A stretch of DNA of 64,000 nucleotides from a virus. The stretch is from IMG/VR virus record IMGVR_UViG_3300036402_000045, positions 1 through 64,000 of that record. One strand, written 5' to 3'. The position numbers were made by a program, and so were the translations under genes. The notes below the pieces were generated by a model. It saw only the letters and a list, made by a program, of their open reading frames with translations, was not told the DNA's origin and did not search any database. Positions 63,538 to 64,000 of the stretch are shown here, piece after piece. The first letter of the stretch is position 1. Every line of letters starts with the position of its first letter.

Positions 63538-64000
63538 TCAGGCTGCCTTCTTCTTCAGAGCATCAACTTCTTCGGAAAGCTCTCGAACCGCCTGCCACAA
63601 GATAGCGAGTACGCCGAGAGGCTGGACACCCTTGGTTTCGAAGACTTCCTTGTCGTTGGTGTTGCTCTTCAGCATCGTCCGGTGGACAACTTCAGGAGGC
63701 AGGGTCGTTGCGTCGAATCCGAAATTGTCTCGATCGGAATCCGAGTTTTCACCCGGACGCCACTTGAACTTGATGGGGGTGATGGCCTTCACCTTGTCAA
63801 GCTGTCGTCCCGCAGAAGCCTTCAGTGGCTCGATGTTTCGCTTCAGCCGCGGATCGGATTGATCCACATGCACACCGGCATGAGAGTTGCGCCAAGCGGT
63901 TGACGCTTGGTTGACGTGGCGAGCGGCACCGACACCGAAGCCGTCGTGGTAGCGCCCAGCCTCGATGGAAACGTCCCATGCAGCAGACGTGATGGCGGTG
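63538..64000 (-). CDS. Tail fibre C-terminus with intramolecular chaperone (peptidase S74), partial
   Basis: Frame open to window end; SDPRLKRNI, LWQAVRELSEEVDALK. Confidence 0.8.
   Translation of the reverse strand, partial: TAITSAAWDVSIEAGRYHDGFGVGAARHVNQASTAWRNSHAGVHVDQSDPRLKRNIEPLKASAGRQLDKVKAITPIKFKWRPGENSDSDRDNFGFDATTLPPEVVHRTMLKSNTNDKEVFETKGVQPLGVLAILWQAVRELSEEVDALKKKAA

Overview
A 64-kb slice of a large, high-GC tailed dsDNA phage, most likely infecting Actinomycetota (WhiB, Rpf lipoprotein, leaderless genes, TTGTCCACA DnaA boxes). No integrase, CRISPR array or tRNA was seen. Layout: (-) virion genes and terminase large subunit (1-3.5 kb); (-) many small ORFs (3.5-10.5 kb); a compositionally odd, largely non-coding repeat region (10.3-13.7 kb) enclosing one Cys-rich gene and a DnaA-box cluster; mostly (-) early/accessory genes (13.7-37.4 kb: M28 peptidase, Rpf, histone-like protein, TOPRIM, NADAR, SNF2, GGCT, GAT-II, amidoligase, KTSC); a (+) replication/recombination block (37.9-59.2 kb: DnaB, MTase, Dcd, primase, sigma-like, LAGLIDADG, SSB, ThyX, DnaE, RecA, Cas4-like, WhiB, RuvC); and a (-) tail fibre and lysis cassette containing a metacaspase (59.2-64 kb). 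Highlights: (1) a phage-specific CGTATCA promoter-like motif 6-7 nt before at least 13 start codons, with a region-2-only sigma factor as candidate reader; (2) structured small RNAs starting at that spacing, one with a 13-nt loop matching the non-coding region; (3) strong genome-wide enrichment of TTC(C/G)GAA, also inside early promoter spacers; (4) a metacaspase coupled to an endolysin with a possible pro-peptide; (5) an oriC-like DnaA-box array in a phage. All calls are by eye from motifs; no searches were run.
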